A DNA stretch of 26,377 nucleotides, from the NCBI GenBank assembly GCA_039801225.1, contig JBDRUH010000017.1:1-26377 (forward strand), read 5' to 3'. Shown here one piece after another: positions 1-9,077 of this stretch. The position numbers and the translations under genes were made by a program. Positions within the stretch are counted from its first letter, which is position 1. Each line of letters opens with the position of its first letter. Source of the DNA: a candidate division WOR-3 bacterium. GTDB lineage: Bacteria; Hydrothermota; Tepidihabitantia; Tepidihabitantales; Tepidihabitantaceae. The notes beneath the pieces are model-generated. The model did no database searches. It had not been told where the DNA came from and saw only the letters and a program-made list of their open reading frames with translations.

Positions 1-1
1 C

Positions 2-256
2 GGAATCGGCGAAAAAAAAGAGGAACTTTCGGAAACCAACACCTTTAGTGTCCTGCCCCGGGTTTTTAGAAACAGCCTGATTATTACCACCAATCGCTGC
101 CAATGGATAAATCTGTTTGATATATCCGGACGCCGGGTGATGGGACGGAATCTGATGCCAGGTAGAACAGTCTGGAATCTATCGCCATTACCTGCCGGTG
201 TTTACCTTGTCCGCGCCTCAGGAGGAGAAGACCGGCGATTGGTAAAGGTAAAGTGA
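2..256 (+). CDS. 3' end of a secreted protein with a T9SS type A-like C-terminal sorting domain (partial, runs off the left edge)
   Basis: Not in the ORF track. Manual translation of the frame starting at nt 2 is open to TGA at 254-256: GIGEKKEELSETNTFSVLPRVFRNSLIITTNRCQWINLFDISGRRVMGRNLMPGRTVWNLSPLPAGVYLVRASGGEDRRLVKVK. It has the CTD-type motifs LFDISGRRV, LPAGVYLVR and a terminal RLVKVK. Confidence 0.8.
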   Translation, partial: GIGEKKEELSETNTFSVLPRVFRNSLIITTNRCQWINLFDISGRRVMGRNLMPGRTVWNLSPLPAGVYLVRASGGEDRRLVKVK

Positions 257-320
257 AACCTTTCTTCTGCAAAGGCGGTCTAATTAGTGAACAGGAAAAT
301 TGGAGCCAGAATTATGGGTA

Positions 321-348
321 TTGACTTTGTCCTAAAAAGAAGTAAACT
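321..348 (+). promoter_or_regulatory. Putative sigma70-type promoter of clpC
   Basis: TTGACT (321-326), 16-nt spacer, TAAACT (343-348); the ATG follows 10 nt later. Confidence 0.6.
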
Positions 349-358
349 ATAAAGGAAT

Positions 359-2809
359 ATGCAAGAGAGATTTACCGAAAGAGTCCGCAAGGTGATGGGT
401 TATGCCCGTCAGGAGGCGCTGAGACTGCATCACGACTATATCGGCACCGAGCACATTTTATTAGGAATTGTCAAAGAGGGTGAAGGGGTTGCCTCGGTCG
501 TCCTGAACAATTTAGGGATTAATCTCCAGGATTTAAGGAGAGCGGTGGAAAATGCCGTGCCGGTGGGCTATGAGACACTGGTGCTTGGTGAGTTGCCGCT
601 GAATCAGGAGGCGAAGTCGGCGCTCAACTATGCGGTTGATGAAGCAAGGAAGATGAACCACAGTTATGTTGGCACCGAGCATCTCCTCTTAGGACTCCTC
701 CGCGAGGAGCGGGGTGTTGCCTGTCAGGTCCTGCAGTCATTGGGAATTGATATTGACCTGGTCCGCCAGGAGACAATCAGGCTTTTGAGTGGCGAGAAGG
801 GCGGTGGTGCCCCAAAGGGGCGGTCAAAGACACCGGCATTAGACTATTTCTCCCGAGACCTGACCCAACTTGCCCGGGAGGATAAACTTGACCCGATCAT
901 CGGTCGGGAGAAGGAGATTGAACGAATTATTCAGATCCTTGCCCGGAGAAAGAAGAACAACCCGGTTTTGATTGGCGAGGCTGGTGTGGGCAAGACGGCA
1001 ATTGTTGAAGGGCTTGCCCAAAGGATAGTTACCGGGCGGGTACCGAATGTTTTGAAGAATAAGCGGGTTCTGGCACTGGATATGGCGGCGATTGTTGCCG
1101 GGACAAAATACCGCGGGCAGTTTGAGGAGCGGCTGAAGTCAATTTTGAACGAAATTCAGCATCACGGCGACTGCATTATCTTTATTGATGAGATTCACAC
1201 CATTGTTGGTGCCGGTGCCGCAGAAGGTGCCATTGACGCCTCAAGTATTCTAAAGCCGGCGCTCGCCCGGGGTGAAATTCAGGTCATCGGTGCCACGACC
1301 CTTGAGGACTACCGGAGATACATTGAAAAGCACTCGGCACTGGAACGCCGTTTTCAGAAGATAATGGTTGAGCCGCCAACCGTTGCCGAAACCGAGGAGA
1401 TTTTACGCGGGTTGAGAGAAAAATACGAGTTGCATCACAATGTCACCTATGAAGACGCCGCGCTTTATGCTGCCGCCTATCTTGCCGACCGCTACATCAC
1501 CGACCGATTTTTGCCCGACAAGGCGATTGATGTGATTGATGAAGCCGGCTCCCGGGTGAAGTTGATGCGCCCGGTGATAAATCCGGAACTGGATGAGATT
1601 GAGCAGAAGATTGAGAAGATAACCCGGGCTAAGGAGGAGGCGGTTCGGCGCCAGGAGTTTGAGCGGGCAGCAGAACTGCGCGATGAGCAGAAGAAATTGA
1701 CCGAGTATCTGAAGCGGAAACGCAAGGAATGGGAGAAGAAAGGGACATTCCCGGTGGTTACTGAAGAGGATGTGGCTTATGTTGTTTCCTCCTGGACCTC
1801 AATTCCCCTTGCCAAGTTGGAGGAGAAGGAGTCGGCCCGACTTCTGAGAATGGAGGAGGAACTGAAAGAGTGGATTGTCGGGCAGGATGAGGCGATCAGC
1901 GCCGTGGCAAAGGCGATTCGTCGCAGTCGTGCCGGAATCAAAGACCCCAGGCGACCGATTGGCTCATTTATCTTCCTTGGTCCTACCGGCGTCGGCAAGA
2001 CCGAACTCGCCCGGGTCCTGGCACGTTTTCTCTTCGGTGATGAGGATGCGCTTTTGCGGTTTGATATGTCCGAATATATGGAGAAGTTCAATGTCTCCCG
2101 GCTGGTGGGTGCACCACCGGGTTATGTTGGCTATGAGGAGGGCGGGCAGTTAACCGAAAAGGTCCGACGCAAGCAGTATTCGGTGGTCCTGTTTGATGAG
2201 ATTGAAAAGGCGCATCCGGATGTCTTCAATATCCTCCTCCAGATTCTTGACGACGGTCAGATTACCGACTCATTGGGCAGAAAGGTGAACTTCAAAAACA
2301 CCGTGGTGATTATGACCTCAAACATCGCCTCAACCGAGATTCGCGGTCTCTCCGGCATCGGCTTCACCCCGGGTTCGCCTGAGGTCAGTTACGAAAACAT
2401 CCGTGCCAAGGTAATGGCTGAGGTGAAGCGGGTGTTCCGTCCGGAGTTTTTGAACCGGGTGGATGAGGTGCTGGTTTTCCATCCCTTGGACCGACCGCAG
2501 ATGGAGGCGATAGTTGATATCCAACTCCGGGAACTGGCGAAGCGGCTGAGCGAAAAGAAGATTTCCCTTTCCCTTACCCCGGCCGCAAAGGAACTGTTGG
2601 TCCAGGAAGGGTTTGACCCGCAGTATGGCGCCCGACCGATAAAGCGCGCCCTCAGACGGCTCTTAGAAGACCCGCTGGCTGAGGAACTACTTAAAGGTGG
2701 CTTTTCCGAAAACACCGCAATTTTCGTTGATCGGGATGGCGACCGCCTGGTCTTCAAAGAGGCGGAGCGGGACCAGGTGACTTTAGACCAGCGGCCGGTG
2801 AGCGAGTGA
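359..2809 (+). CDS. clpC: ATP-dependent Clp protease ATP-binding subunit ClpC
   Basis: Two Clp N-terminal repeats ([16 protein letters not shown]), NBD1 Walker A GEAGVGKT, Walker B IIFIDE, a UVR-like middle domain ([16 protein letters not shown]), NBD2 GPTGVGKT and GARP sensor motif. Confidence 0.96.
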   Translation: MQERFTERVRKVMGYARQEALRLHHDYIGTEHILLGIVKEGEGVASVVLNNLGINLQDLRRAVENAVPVGYETLVLGELPLNQEAKSALNYAVDEARKMNHSYVGTEHLLLGLLREERGVACQVLQSLGIDIDLVRQETIRLLSGEKGGGAPKGRSKTPALDYFSRDLTQLAREDKLDPIIGREKEIERIIQILARRKKNNPVLIGEAGVGKTAIVEGLAQRIVTGRVPNVLKNKRVLALDMAAIVAGTKYRGQFEERLKSILNEIQHHGDCIIFIDEIHTIVGAGAAEGAIDASSILKPALARGEIQVIGATTLEDYRRYIEKHSALERRFQKIMVEPPTVAETEEILRGLREKYELHHNVTYEDAALYAAAYLADRYITDRFLPDKAIDVIDEAGSRVKLMRPVINPELDEIEQKIEKITRAKEEAVRRQEFERAAELRDEQKKLTEYLKRKRKEWEKKGTFPVVTEEDVAYVVSSWTSIPLAKLEEKESARLLRMEEELKEWIVGQDEAISAVAKAIRRSRAGIKDPRRPIGSFIFLGPTGVGKTELARVLARFLFGDEDALLRFDMSEYMEKFNVSRLVGAPPGYVGYEEGGQLTEKVRRKQYSVVLFDEIEKAHPDVFNILLQILDDGQITDSLGRKVNFKNTVVIMTSNIASTEIRGLSGIGFTPGSPEVSYENIRAKVMAEVKRVFRPEFLNRVDEVLVFHPLDRPQMEAIVDIQLRELAKRLSEKKISLSLTPAAKELLVQEGFDPQYGARPIKRALRRLLEDPLAEELLKGGFSENTAIFVDRDGDRLVFKEAERDQVTLDQRPVSE

Positions 2810-2813
2810 ACCG

Positions 2814-5096
2814 GTGCCACCGGTATCTATACTCCTTCTCCTCGCCGCACTTTTTAGCCCGCAGCCGATAGCCGATAGCCGACAGCCGATTGTCCTTCTT
2901 GATATTTCGGCGCGCACCACTTACACCGACCCGAAGTTAGTTGTCCGCACCTCCGGTCTTAGCCCGCAAACGGTATATACGCCAAGCAGTTTTCGTACCG
3001 CCCTGGCGGAGGCGATTCGTAAGGTTTATGAACTGGGACTTTTCTCCCAGGTGGTGGCGGAGACAACAATGCTCGCCGATGGGGTCAATTTAACTTTTGT
3101 TGTTCAGGAGTATCCTAAACTAAAAGCGGTTGAGTTTGAGGGCTACCGCCGGGTGAAGAAAAAGGACCTGCAGGCAAAGGTGAAATTACGGGAGGGGGAA
3201 GTCCTTTCGGAAAAAAAGGTGTTTGAGGGGCAAGAGGCGCTCAAAAAATTCTACAAAGAAAAAGGGTTTCTTTTGGTGCAAATCAATGCGGTAAAGTCGC
3301 CGCCCGACTCGCTCCATCAGGTGGTTCTTACTTATGCAATTGATGAAGGCGACCCGGTGCGGATTCGTTCTATTGAAATCTATGGCAATGAACATTTCAC
3401 CGACCCCCAGATTGAGATAAAACTTGTCAACCGCCAGAAGACCTGGTATCGCAAAGGGCGACTCAAGGAGGAGGAGTTTATCAAAGACTTAGACCGGATT
3501 GTTGAGTTTTACAAACAGCGTGGGTTCATCAACGCCCGGGTCTTAGATTACGAGATGAAAAATGACCGGGGCTGGGTTGACATTACCATCACCATCTCCG
3601 AGGGGAAAAAATACTATTTCGGCAATTACGCCTTTCAAAGTGAGGCGGCGATTGATACCCTCAAATTAAGGCAACTGGTCCGCTACCGTCCGGGCAAAGA
3701 GTATAACATCAAACTTGCCCAGGCAACTCTTGCCGACCTCTACACCTTTTACTCCGAGGATGGCTACATCTACGCCCAGATTTCACCCGTGGAGGAGATA
3801 AACGCCGACACGGTCAATATCACCTATGAAATTAACCCCGGTAAACCCGCCCTGGTGCGACTGGTGCAGATTGAGGGCAACCAGCAGACCAGAGATAATG
3901 TCATCCGCCGGGAGATAAGTTCCCTGCCGGGCTATGTTTTCAGACGCTCCGAGGTTTTGCGGAGTCAGCGCGACATATTCAACCTGGGCTTTTTTGAAGA
4001 TGTTTCCATTGACTACCGACCGGTAGAAGCGGTCGCGGATAGCGGTGAGGGCGATTCGGCTTTCGGTGCGATTGACCTGATCTACAAAGTGAAAGAGAAA
4101 AGTTTCTTTGGCACGATTGGTGCCGGTGTCTCCTACTCGGCTCAGGACAAGTTCACCGGCTACATTGAACTCCAGCAACCCAACCTGCTCGGACGGGGCT
4201 GGCGCAGCGCGCTCAAACTGGAAAAGGGCGCAAAAAAGACCAACTTTGAATTAAGTTTTACCGAACCCTGGCTATTTGATACACCGACATCTGCCGGATT
4301 TGATGCCAGTTATCTCACCCGGAGTTATGACTACTATGACAAACAGGAGATTGGCGGCGGACTCTCCTTCTCCCGACCTCTGGCATTGGACTACACCCGT
4401 CTTTATCTCTCCCTCCGTTTAACCGATGCTTATGTCCCACCCACCTCAATCAGTTCCGGATACAAACCCTCAAAACTATTCAATGTTTACCGCGACACCA
4501 TCCACAAAACCGCCTTTGCCCCATCAATTACCTTGACCCGTGATTCACGCGATTATATTTATAACCCGATTAGCGGTTCGGCAATGACTTACACCCTTAC
4601 CACCTCCTTGGGTGATATCCGCTTTCACCGCCACATCCTTGACCTCACCCAGCACTTTCCCCTTTTCTGGAAGTTCGGTTTAAAGGGACGGGCACGCTTT
4701 GGTTATATCACCGGCTTTTCCTCAAAAGACACCGTCCCTTTATACGAAAGGTTCTATCCTGGTGGCACCGGTGCTGATGGCATCCGCGGCTACGGTGAAC
4801 GCACCGTCGGTCCCTATGAGGCGGGTTATCCGGTAGGAGGCAGAACACTTGCCATCTTCTCCTTAGAATACAAACTCCGTCTCACCCCCCAAATCGCCTT
4901 TCTGGCCTTTTTTGATGCCGGTAACACCTGGAATTTGCCCGAGCAGTTTAACCTTTCTGACTTAAAGCGGGGGGCTGGCGTTGGTGTGAGGCTGGAGATA
5001 CCGATGCTCGGTCTCATTGGCTTTGACTTTGGCTATGGTTTTGACAAAGACCGTCCGGGCTGGGAGCCACACTTCCAACTCGGCACCGCTTTCTAA
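2814..5096 (+). CDS. bamA: Outer membrane protein assembly factor BamA
   Basis: Signal peptide, POTRA-type repeats (e.g. IEGNQQTRDNVIRRE, FNLGFFEDV), NLLGRG motif, IRGY loop motif, AFFDAGNTW and a C-terminal FQLGTAF. Confidence 0.93.
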   Translation: MPPVSILLLLAALFSPQPIADSRQPIVLLDISARTTYTDPKLVVRTSGLSPQTVYTPSSFRTALAEAIRKVYELGLFSQVVAETTMLADGVNLTFVVQEYPKLKAVEFEGYRRVKKKDLQAKVKLREGEVLSEKKVFEGQEALKKFYKEKGFLLVQINAVKSPPDSLHQVVLTYAIDEGDPVRIRSIEIYGNEHFTDPQIEIKLVNRQKTWYRKGRLKEEEFIKDLDRIVEFYKQRGFINARVLDYEMKNDRGWVDITITISEGKKYYFGNYAFQSEAAIDTLKLRQLVRYRPGKEYNIKLAQATLADLYTFYSEDGYIYAQISPVEEINADTVNITYEINPGKPALVRLVQIEGNQQTRDNVIRREISSLPGYVFRRSEVLRSQRDIFNLGFFEDVSIDYRPVEAVADSGEGDSAFGAIDLIYKVKEKSFFGTIGAGVSYSAQDKFTGYIELQQPNLLGRGWRSALKLEKGAKKTNFELSFTEPWLFDTPTSAGFDASYLTRSYDYYDKQEIGGGLSFSRPLALDYTRLYLSLRLTDAYVPPTSISSGYKPSKLFNVYRDTIHKTAFAPSITLTRDSRDYIYNPISGSAMTYTLTTSLGDIRFHRHILDLTQHFPLFWKFGLKGRARFGYITGFSSKDTVPLYERFYPGGTGADGIRGYGERTVGPYEAGYPVGGRTLAIFSLEYKLRLTPQIAFLAFFDAGNTWNLPEQFNLSDLKRGAGVGVRLEIPMLGLIGFDFGYGFDKDRPGWEPHFQLGTAF
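2856..2890 (+). repeat. Heptamer tandem repeat (AGCCGAY) inside the 5' end of bamA
   Basis: agcccgc-agccgat-agccgat-agccgac-agccgat, encoding SPQPIADSRQPI just after the hydrophobic signal segment. Confidence 0.85.
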
Positions 5097-5103
5097 ATCA
5101 TGC

Positions 5104-5145
5104 TTGACAAAAAATATCAAGCGATTACATTTTATCTGATATAAT
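5104..5145 (+). promoter_or_regulatory. Putative promoter(s) for the beta-barrel gene
   Basis: TTGACA (5104-5109), 16 nt, TACATT (5126-5131); also a perfect extended -10 TGaTATAAT (5137-5145). Strong AAGGAGG before ATG 5329. Confidence 0.6.
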
Positions 5146-5328
5146 GAAATTCATTAGTGTGCATAAGAGAATGGTTAGTGGCTTTACCCCCAGCCTGAGT
5201 TTACCAAAATATCTGCCCGTCCTTGCCCAAATTATCAGCAGCCATCCAAAAGGAGAAAAACCAGACAAGACAATCGTAGTGGCGCAGTAAAAGCGGCAGT
5301 AAGTATAAAATTTAAAAAGGAGGTCTGC

Positions 5329-5955
5329 ATGTTTAAAAATGCCGCATTGATATGTCTGGTTGGCACTGGTCTCGCTGTCGCCGGTCCGGCTATGCGTATC
5401 GGGACAAAAGCAACCTGGCGCCCTGACTACGGGTTTAGCGGTTACTACGACACCACCGGAAAGGAAGTAGCCCGGGTAAGTTATGGCGCGCCGTTTGTTG
5501 GCGCCACTATTGAAGCCTGCTATGGACCAGTCTACTGGTTCTCCGGTCGGCTTGACCTTGCCCAGTTTCAGATTTTCACTAATGGTGTTACCGCTTTTAA
5601 ACTCTTTCCGATGCTCGGTCTGGACATTCTTGTGGAACCACCGCTGAACTGGCGTTTAAAGCCCTATCTATGGGGTGGGGCGAGGATTACAAGTTACTCA
5701 GATGTATTTGTAGATAACAATCCTCCAACATTCCCGCGCGACTCAGAAATGCATTACCGGGCCGGAATTGGTATGAACTTCAAACTAACCCCTCGGCTGG
5801 AACTGTTTGGCGAGACCCAATTCTTTGCCGATGACACCTGGTGGGAAGGGGTTACCGTTTTCCCGGATGGCTTCTGGTTCGGTAGTTGGTCAGGTATTCA
5901 GGGTCTTGGTTTCTGCGGTGCGGAACTGGGGGTGCGCCTTCTGATTCCGCAATAA
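5329..5955 (+). CDS. Putative small outer-membrane beta-barrel protein
   Basis: Signal peptide, alternating hydrophobic/aromatic beta-strands (LKPYLWGGARI, YRAGIGMNFKL, LELFGETQF, AELGVRL) and an AAGGAGG RBS. Confidence 0.65.
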   Translation: MFKNAALICLVGTGLAVAGPAMRIGTKATWRPDYGFSGYYDTTGKEVARVSYGAPFVGATIEACYGPVYWFSGRLDLAQFQIFTNGVTAFKLFPMLGLDILVEPPLNWRLKPYLWGGARITSYSDVFVDNNPPTFPRDSEMHYRAGIGMNFKLTPRLELFGETQFFADDTWWEGVTVFPDGFWFGSWSGIQGLGFCGAELGVRLLIPQ

Positions 5956-6030
5956 ACCACCTACCTTTCATCTGCGTCCGTGACCGTGCCTCATTAGAGG
6001 ATGCCATAAGAAAAATCGTTTGACACTCTT

Positions 6031-6110
6031 CCGAGCCTGCAGAAAGGGACTCCTCCGCTTGCTTACGCTCGGTCGGAATGACGGGGGGGCGAGGGGCTCG
6101 GTCGGGATGA
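6031..6110 (+). repeat. Intergenic copy of the CGTC/GTCATTCC-type repeat family
   Basis: ccgagcctgcagaaaggga (6031-6049) is identical to the reverse complement of 25343-25361. It is followed by tcggaatgacg and cgaggggctcg, as in the copies at 15171 and 19749. Confidence 0.85.
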
Positions 6111-6125
6111 TAGGCAAGAAATAAT

Positions 6126-6153
6126 TTGACCTAATTATCAGCCGGGATATGCT
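6126..6153 (+). promoter_or_regulatory. Putative sigma70-type promoter
   Basis: TTGACC (6126-6131), 16 nt, TATGCT (6148-6153); ATG 12 nt downstream. Confidence 0.45.
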
Positions 6154-6165
6154 TAGGGGCTGTTT

Positions 6166-6756
6166 ATGACGCCAATGAACTGGCTCGCCGGAACTATAGC
6201 GATTGTCCTGGGAATTTTAGTCTGTTTCCTTGGCTACAGACTTATGCGATTTACCCTAATAATAGTTGGGCTGGCTCTGGGTGCTTACCTCGGCTTTTTC
6301 ATCTCTAATAAGTTGGGTGCGGTTTCCTGGGTGGTTGCCCTTGCCGCAATATCTATGGGTATCCTCGGTGCAATTCTCGCCGGATTCCTTTTTAAGGCGG
6401 CGGTGTTTTTATTGGGCGCGGCAAGCGGTGCACTAATCGTGGCGGTTTTTTCCTCTTTAACTGGCTGGCAGCATCTTTTGTTCCTTCTTATTGGCGGACT
6501 CCTCGGCGGACTCCTCGCCCTTTTTATTCAGCGACCGGTGCTTTCCTTTTTAACGGCGTTTCTTGGTGCCTGGTGGATGGTTGCCGGTATCTATAACCTT
6601 ATCGGCGGTCTCTTAAAAGGGACAAAACATATCACTCGGCTTCGTTTGGGCGAAGGGGTTGCTTTACCGCTCCTTGCGCTCTCCTGGCTCGCCTTGGGTG
6701 TTATCGGCTTCTTCATCCAGATGTTAAGGACCGGAAAGAAAAAGAAACGAGAGTAA
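6166..6756 (+). CDS. DUF4203 / TMEM198-like multi-pass membrane protein
   Basis: About 7 Gly-rich hydrophobic segments; N-terminal GILVCFLGYRL pattern, TAFLGA motif and C-terminal GFFIQ, all typical of DUF4203. Confidence 0.7.
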   Translation: MTPMNWLAGTIAIVLGILVCFLGYRLMRFTLIIVGLALGAYLGFFISNKLGAVSWVVALAAISMGILGAILAGFLFKAAVFLLGAASGALIVAVFSSLTGWQHLLFLLIGGLLGGLLALFIQRPVLSFLTAFLGAWWMVAGIYNLIGGLLKGTKHITRLRLGEGVALPLLALSWLALGVIGFFIQMLRTGKKKKRE

Positions 6757-7253
6757 TGAGTGACATTTTTGAGGAAATCGGAACAGTGGTTCAGGTGCAA
6801 GGGGACCGAGCTCAGGTGCAGGTTGTTCCTTCAGGTGGTTGTGACCGGTGTGGCGCGGCGAGTTTCTGCAACTGGACCGGGAAAAAGGAAAGGGTGGTTA
6901 TAGCGGTTAACCCTATTGGTGCCAAACCAGGCGATAAGGTGGTTATCCGCCGTAAGATAAAGGAAGGAACAAATTCAGCACTTCTATTGTTTGGTTTGCC
7001 GGCGGGAATGATGCTCTTTGGAGTAATTATTGGTGGGATTATCCTCCGGCAAGATATATGGGCGGCAATTTTATGCGGAGCTGGACTTTTTATTGGAATA
7101 TTAGCGCTTAAATTTATTGATAGAAAAAGGGGGAAATTGGGCTCAGGGTTGCCGGTAATTGGGCAAGTTCTAATTCAAAAATTAGAAGGGAGCGAAGATG
7201 ATAAAAACCATATCGGTAGCGTTTGTGAGTCTGCTCCTTCTCAACTGCCCTAA
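6756..7253 (+). CDS. rseC: RseC/MucC family (SoxR-reducing system) protein
   Basis: EEIGTVVQV, CxxCxxxxxC (CDRCGAASFC), AVNPIGAKPGDKVVI, then two TM helices with the LFGLP motif. Confidence 0.82.
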   Translation: MSDIFEEIGTVVQVQGDRAQVQVVPSGGCDRCGAASFCNWTGKKERVVIAVNPIGAKPGDKVVIRRKIKEGTNSALLLFGLPAGMMLFGVIIGGIILRQDIWAAILCGAGLFIGILALKFIDRKRGKLGSGLPVIGQVLIQKLEGSEDDKNHIGSVCESAPSQLP

Positions 7254-8121
7254 GGAGAAGGGGGTGGGTCAATTCAGCAGTTCGGGGCAGAGGGGAAAAG
7301 GCTTCTGGCAGGAGGTGAAGTTTATACCGGACCCAAGCGACACGAGCGGGAAAAAGGGTATCTATAAGGGCTGGTTCCACCAGGATAATATAGATATAAC
7401 AAAACTGAATTCCGGGCAAATCCGGGCAAAGGTGGAAGGGGAATGGCGCCAATTCCAATTGGTGGAACTGCCGGAAGATTTTCTCACCTGGAACTTCAGC
7501 CGGCGGTTAGCCCAACTCCAAAGAATTCGGAAAATAATAACCGAAAAAATTCGGGAAATGCCCGAAATTGCCGGACCGCATAATGGCATTGTCGCCAGCC
7601 ATGGACTGAAGCGGAATGATGCCGACTTCTCAATCAATAATGCGGTGAAAGGGATGGGCTGGCTACCTAAATCAGAGAGGTTGGACGAGATAACTCATTT
7701 ACTCCAACAGACCTGGAATGAGCCAGTGGAAAGAAAACTGAATGTCTTAGAAAGCCTCTACGAGAATGGGCGTGAGGTCTTTGATTTGACGAAACAGACC
7801 TCCTTGGAACTTTATTCCAATCCCGGGTTTGAGACTCACACCTTCTTGAACCAGATGACCGACCCGGGTGTGGCGATTGTCTTCCTTGACCTGCCAAAAT
7901 CATACGAACTCCGCGCCATCGCTCAGATGCTCCATCCTGATGACCCGAATTTGACCGATTATGAAAAAAAGGTGGTTGAGTATGTAAATCTTGTTCATGA
8001 CTACTTCCACGGCTCATCCCCCAAAAGGTCAATTGCGGTAATTTACCATATAATTCAGGTTTTTGACAACTCACCCGGGATAGGTCGGGGACAGCGGGTT
8101 GTGCCGCCAGTGGAAAGGTGA
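7198..8121 (+). CDS. Uncharacterised lipoprotein, possibly with a PNPOx-like split-barrel fold
   Basis: Lipobox LLLNC at residue 17 and an upstream GGGAG RBS; overlaps rseC by 56 nt. The C-terminal half (HTFLNQMTDPGVAIVFLD...SYELRA...VFDNSPG..RG) resembles FMN-binding split barrels, which is a tentative call. Confidence 0.55.
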   Translation: MIKTISVAFVSLLLLNCPKEKGVGQFSSSGQRGKGFWQEVKFIPDPSDTSGKKGIYKGWFHQDNIDITKLNSGQIRAKVEGEWRQFQLVELPEDFLTWNFSRRLAQLQRIRKIITEKIREMPEIAGPHNGIVASHGLKRNDADFSINNAVKGMGWLPKSERLDEITHLLQQTWNEPVERKLNVLESLYENGREVFDLTKQTSLELYSNPGFETHTFLNQMTDPGVAIVFLDLPKSYELRAIAQMLHPDDPNLTDYEKKVVEYVNLVHDYFHGSSPKRSIAVIYHIIQVFDNSPGIGRGQRVVPPVER

Positions 8122-8149
8122 TTTTTCTCTCTTTTTAAGCCTGAGTATA

Positions 8150-8177
8150 TTGACAAACTCAAGCGGTTGAATATCCT
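8150..8177 (+). promoter_or_regulatory. Putative sigma70-type promoter giving a leaderless sigma-factor mRNA
   Basis: TTGACA (8150-8155), 16 nt, TATCCT (8172-8177); ATG at 8185 is 7 nt downstream and has no SD. Confidence 0.6.
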
Positions 8178-8184
8178 TTTAAAG

Positions 8185-8790
8185 ATGGTGGCCGGTAAAG
8201 GTCTGCAGGTAGCGGTTCCAGGGCTACCGGTTTCTGATGACGAGTTGGTGCGCCGGGCGCAAAAGGGCAATCTGGTAGCATTTGAAGAACTGGTGCGCCG
8301 TTATGAGCGCAAGGTCTATAATATCACCTATCGTCTCTTAGGTAATGAAGAGGATGCGACCGAGGCACTGCAGGACACCTTTCTCCGTGCCTATAGGTTC
8401 TTAAAGAGATTCCGTTTCCAATCCAATTTCTACACCTGGCTTTACCGAATTGCCACCAATGTCAGCCTTACCCGCCTGCGCCGGCGGAAGAGGTTGGACA
8501 CGGTCTCGCTTGATGCACCGGTAAAAGAGACCGAAGAGTTAATGTTAGATATTCCCGATGACCACCATACCCCGGAGGAGATATTTCGCCAGAAGATGTT
8601 TAAGGAAAGGCTGCAGGAGGCGGTGGCGTCGCTACCGGAAGATTACCGAACGGTGGTGGTTCTGCGTGACCTGGAGGGGCTGAGTAATGAAGAGGTAAGT
8701 AAGGTTCTTAAACTTTCCATACCGGCGGTTAAGTCCCGATTGCACCGGGGAAGGCTGGCACTTCGGGAAAGGTTGGCAAAATATCTATGA
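8185..8790 (+). CDS. ECF RNA polymerase sigma factor (RpoE/SigW/SigH-like)
   Basis: Region 2 (AFEELVRRY, DATEALQDTFLRAY, FYTWLYRIATN) and region 4 HTH (LRDLEGLSNEEVSKVL...VKSRLHRGR). Start moved from the ORF-track TTG 8167, which lies inside the promoter, to ATG 8185. Confidence 0.9.
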   Translation: MVAGKGLQVAVPGLPVSDDELVRRAQKGNLVAFEELVRRYERKVYNITYRLLGNEEDATEALQDTFLRAYRFLKRFRFQSNFYTWLYRIATNVSLTRLRRRKRLDTVSLDAPVKETEELMLDIPDDHHTPEEIFRQKMFKERLQEAVASLPEDYRTVVVLRDLEGLSNEEVSKVLKLSIPAVKSRLHRGRLALRERLAKYL

Positions 8791-9059
8791 GCCGACAGCA
8801 GAGAGCAGGCAGCCGACAGCCGGAAAAGTGTGAGTGTGCCGAACTAAAGGAGTGGATAGCGCTTTATATTGAAGGCGAGGCATCAGGAGAGATTAGACAG
8901 CAGTTGCTCCTGCACATTCAATCCTGCGGGATGTGCGCCAGATTTGTCCGCAGTCTTAAAAGAGTGGTTCACTACTGCCAGATTGAGCCCGGTTGGGATG
9001 TGCCGCAAAGGGCACACGAGCGACTCTGGCAGGCGATAGAGGAATTGGAGGAGTTGTAG
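8787..9059 (+). CDS. Cytoplasmic zinc-binding (zf-HC2/ZAS) anti-sigma factor
   Basis: ATGA overlap with the sigma gene; N-terminal C, YIEGE and HxxxCxxC (HIQSCGMC); no TM segment. Confidence 0.85.
   Translation: MSRQQRAGSRQPEKCECAELKEWIALYIEGEASGEIRQQLLLHIQSCGMCARFVRSLKRVVHYCQIEPGWDVPQRAHERLWQAIEELEEL
8790..8824 (+). repeat. Degenerate heptamer array at the anti-sigma 5' end
   Basis: agccgac-agcagag-agcaggc-agccgac-agccgga; every unit begins AGC, the same family as the bamA array. Confidence 0.7.
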
Positions 9060-9077
9060 AGGTTAGGTTGTGAGGCA

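Noticed and set aside
84..272. 62-aa minus-strand ORF in the ORF track
   Set aside because: It is antisense to a + strand frame (2-256) with clear CTD motifs.
4020..4070. VEAVADSGEGDSAFGA segment in BamA as a repeat-derived insertion
   Set aside because: There is only weak gcgg periodicity and it cannot be separated from an ordinary variable loop without an alignment.
5144..5290. 48-codon ORF (MKFISVHKRM...) in the bamA-barrel gap
   Set aside because: Its ATG overlaps the TATAAT box, it has no RBS and it has no recognisable features.
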